Below are positions 7,446 through 7,814 of a DNA stretch of 7,814 bases, in pieces. The notes beneath the pieces were generated by a model that made no database searches, was not told where the DNA came from, and saw only the letters and a program-made list of their open reading frames with translations. The translations under genes were made by a program, and so were the position numbers. The stretch lies in assembly GCF_006345805.1 (NCBI RefSeq), contig NW_021828747.1:1-7814 (forward strand), given 5' to 3'. The number at the start of each line of letters is the position of its first letter. Positions within the stretch are counted from its first letter, which is position 1. This DNA is from Octopus sinensis (Eukaryota).

Positions 7446-7570
7446 ATACACCAATACGTACACACGCGCGCGCGCATATACATATATGTATGTAAGTATA
7501 TATATTATATATATATATATAATATATATATAATATATATATGTATGTATACACACTCACATACCTATAC
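7446..7570. repeat. Compound (CA)(CG)(TA)n microsatellite
   Basis: acacacgcgcgcgcgcatatacatatatgtatg followed by interrupted (TA)n. Confidence 0.92.
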
Positions 7571-7814
7571 AACGCACAAACATACTCAGATATGTAAATA
7601 AAAAGATGGGACGGTCACAGCTGGAACAAGTTTACTCGCATGGAGGTCAATTCAATCATGGCGGACGTCGATCGAAACAACATCAGGAGGTACGTATGAA
7701 AACATCCGATATTTTTAAACATGTGACCCACTACAAGGAGACCTACGTCGTGAGATCAAATCACATTAATAAACAACTTTCTAACAGCTTAATGAGTAAA
7801 ATATTCTAAACACA

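Noticed and set aside
823-7572. Most ORFs in the supplied track (poly-S, YI/HT/VC repeats, ER/SL repeats, YLSI repeats)
   Set aside because: They are translations of microsatellites, whose stop-free periodicity creates open frames. They have no domain-like content.
7602-7634. KDGTVTAGTS, resembling the thiolase motif KDGTVTAGNAS
   Set aside because: It is immediately preceded by an in-frame TAA (7599-7601), the following residues do not continue the thiolase pattern (NDGA), and there is no good acceptor. Most likely chance.

Overview
AT-rich, repeat-dense eukaryotic non-coding DNA (intronic or intergenic). From memory, the repeat families look like the abundant tRNA-derived SINEs of Octopus/coleoid cephalopods; this taxon call is unverified by any search. 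No protein-coding gene, RNA gene or CRISPR array is supported, and the listed ORFs are by-products of microsatellites and SINE bodies. Two SINE families dominate. Family A has a tRNA-like head, a central GCCTTTCATCC...GGGGTCGAT domain and a CCTTGTGCC tail; it occurs as monomers at 255-478 (+), 921-1142 (-), 4637-4834 (-) and 6965-7108 (-), and as a 3-unit multimer at 4866-5448 (-). Family B has a tRNA-like head, a CORE-like CCTTGGGCAAGT motif, an internal (TA/TG)n tract and an (AAAGAGT)n tail; it occurs at 2354-2816 (+), 3235-3711 (+) and 3788-4205 (-). The most notable structures are: (1) the family A trimer, which is bounded by one target-site duplication, has a single complete Pol III promoter and has no internal TTTT; (2) its insertion flush against the TSD of an older monomer; (3) a roughly 90%-identical inverted pair of family B copies; (4) a hairpin module shared between the two families.
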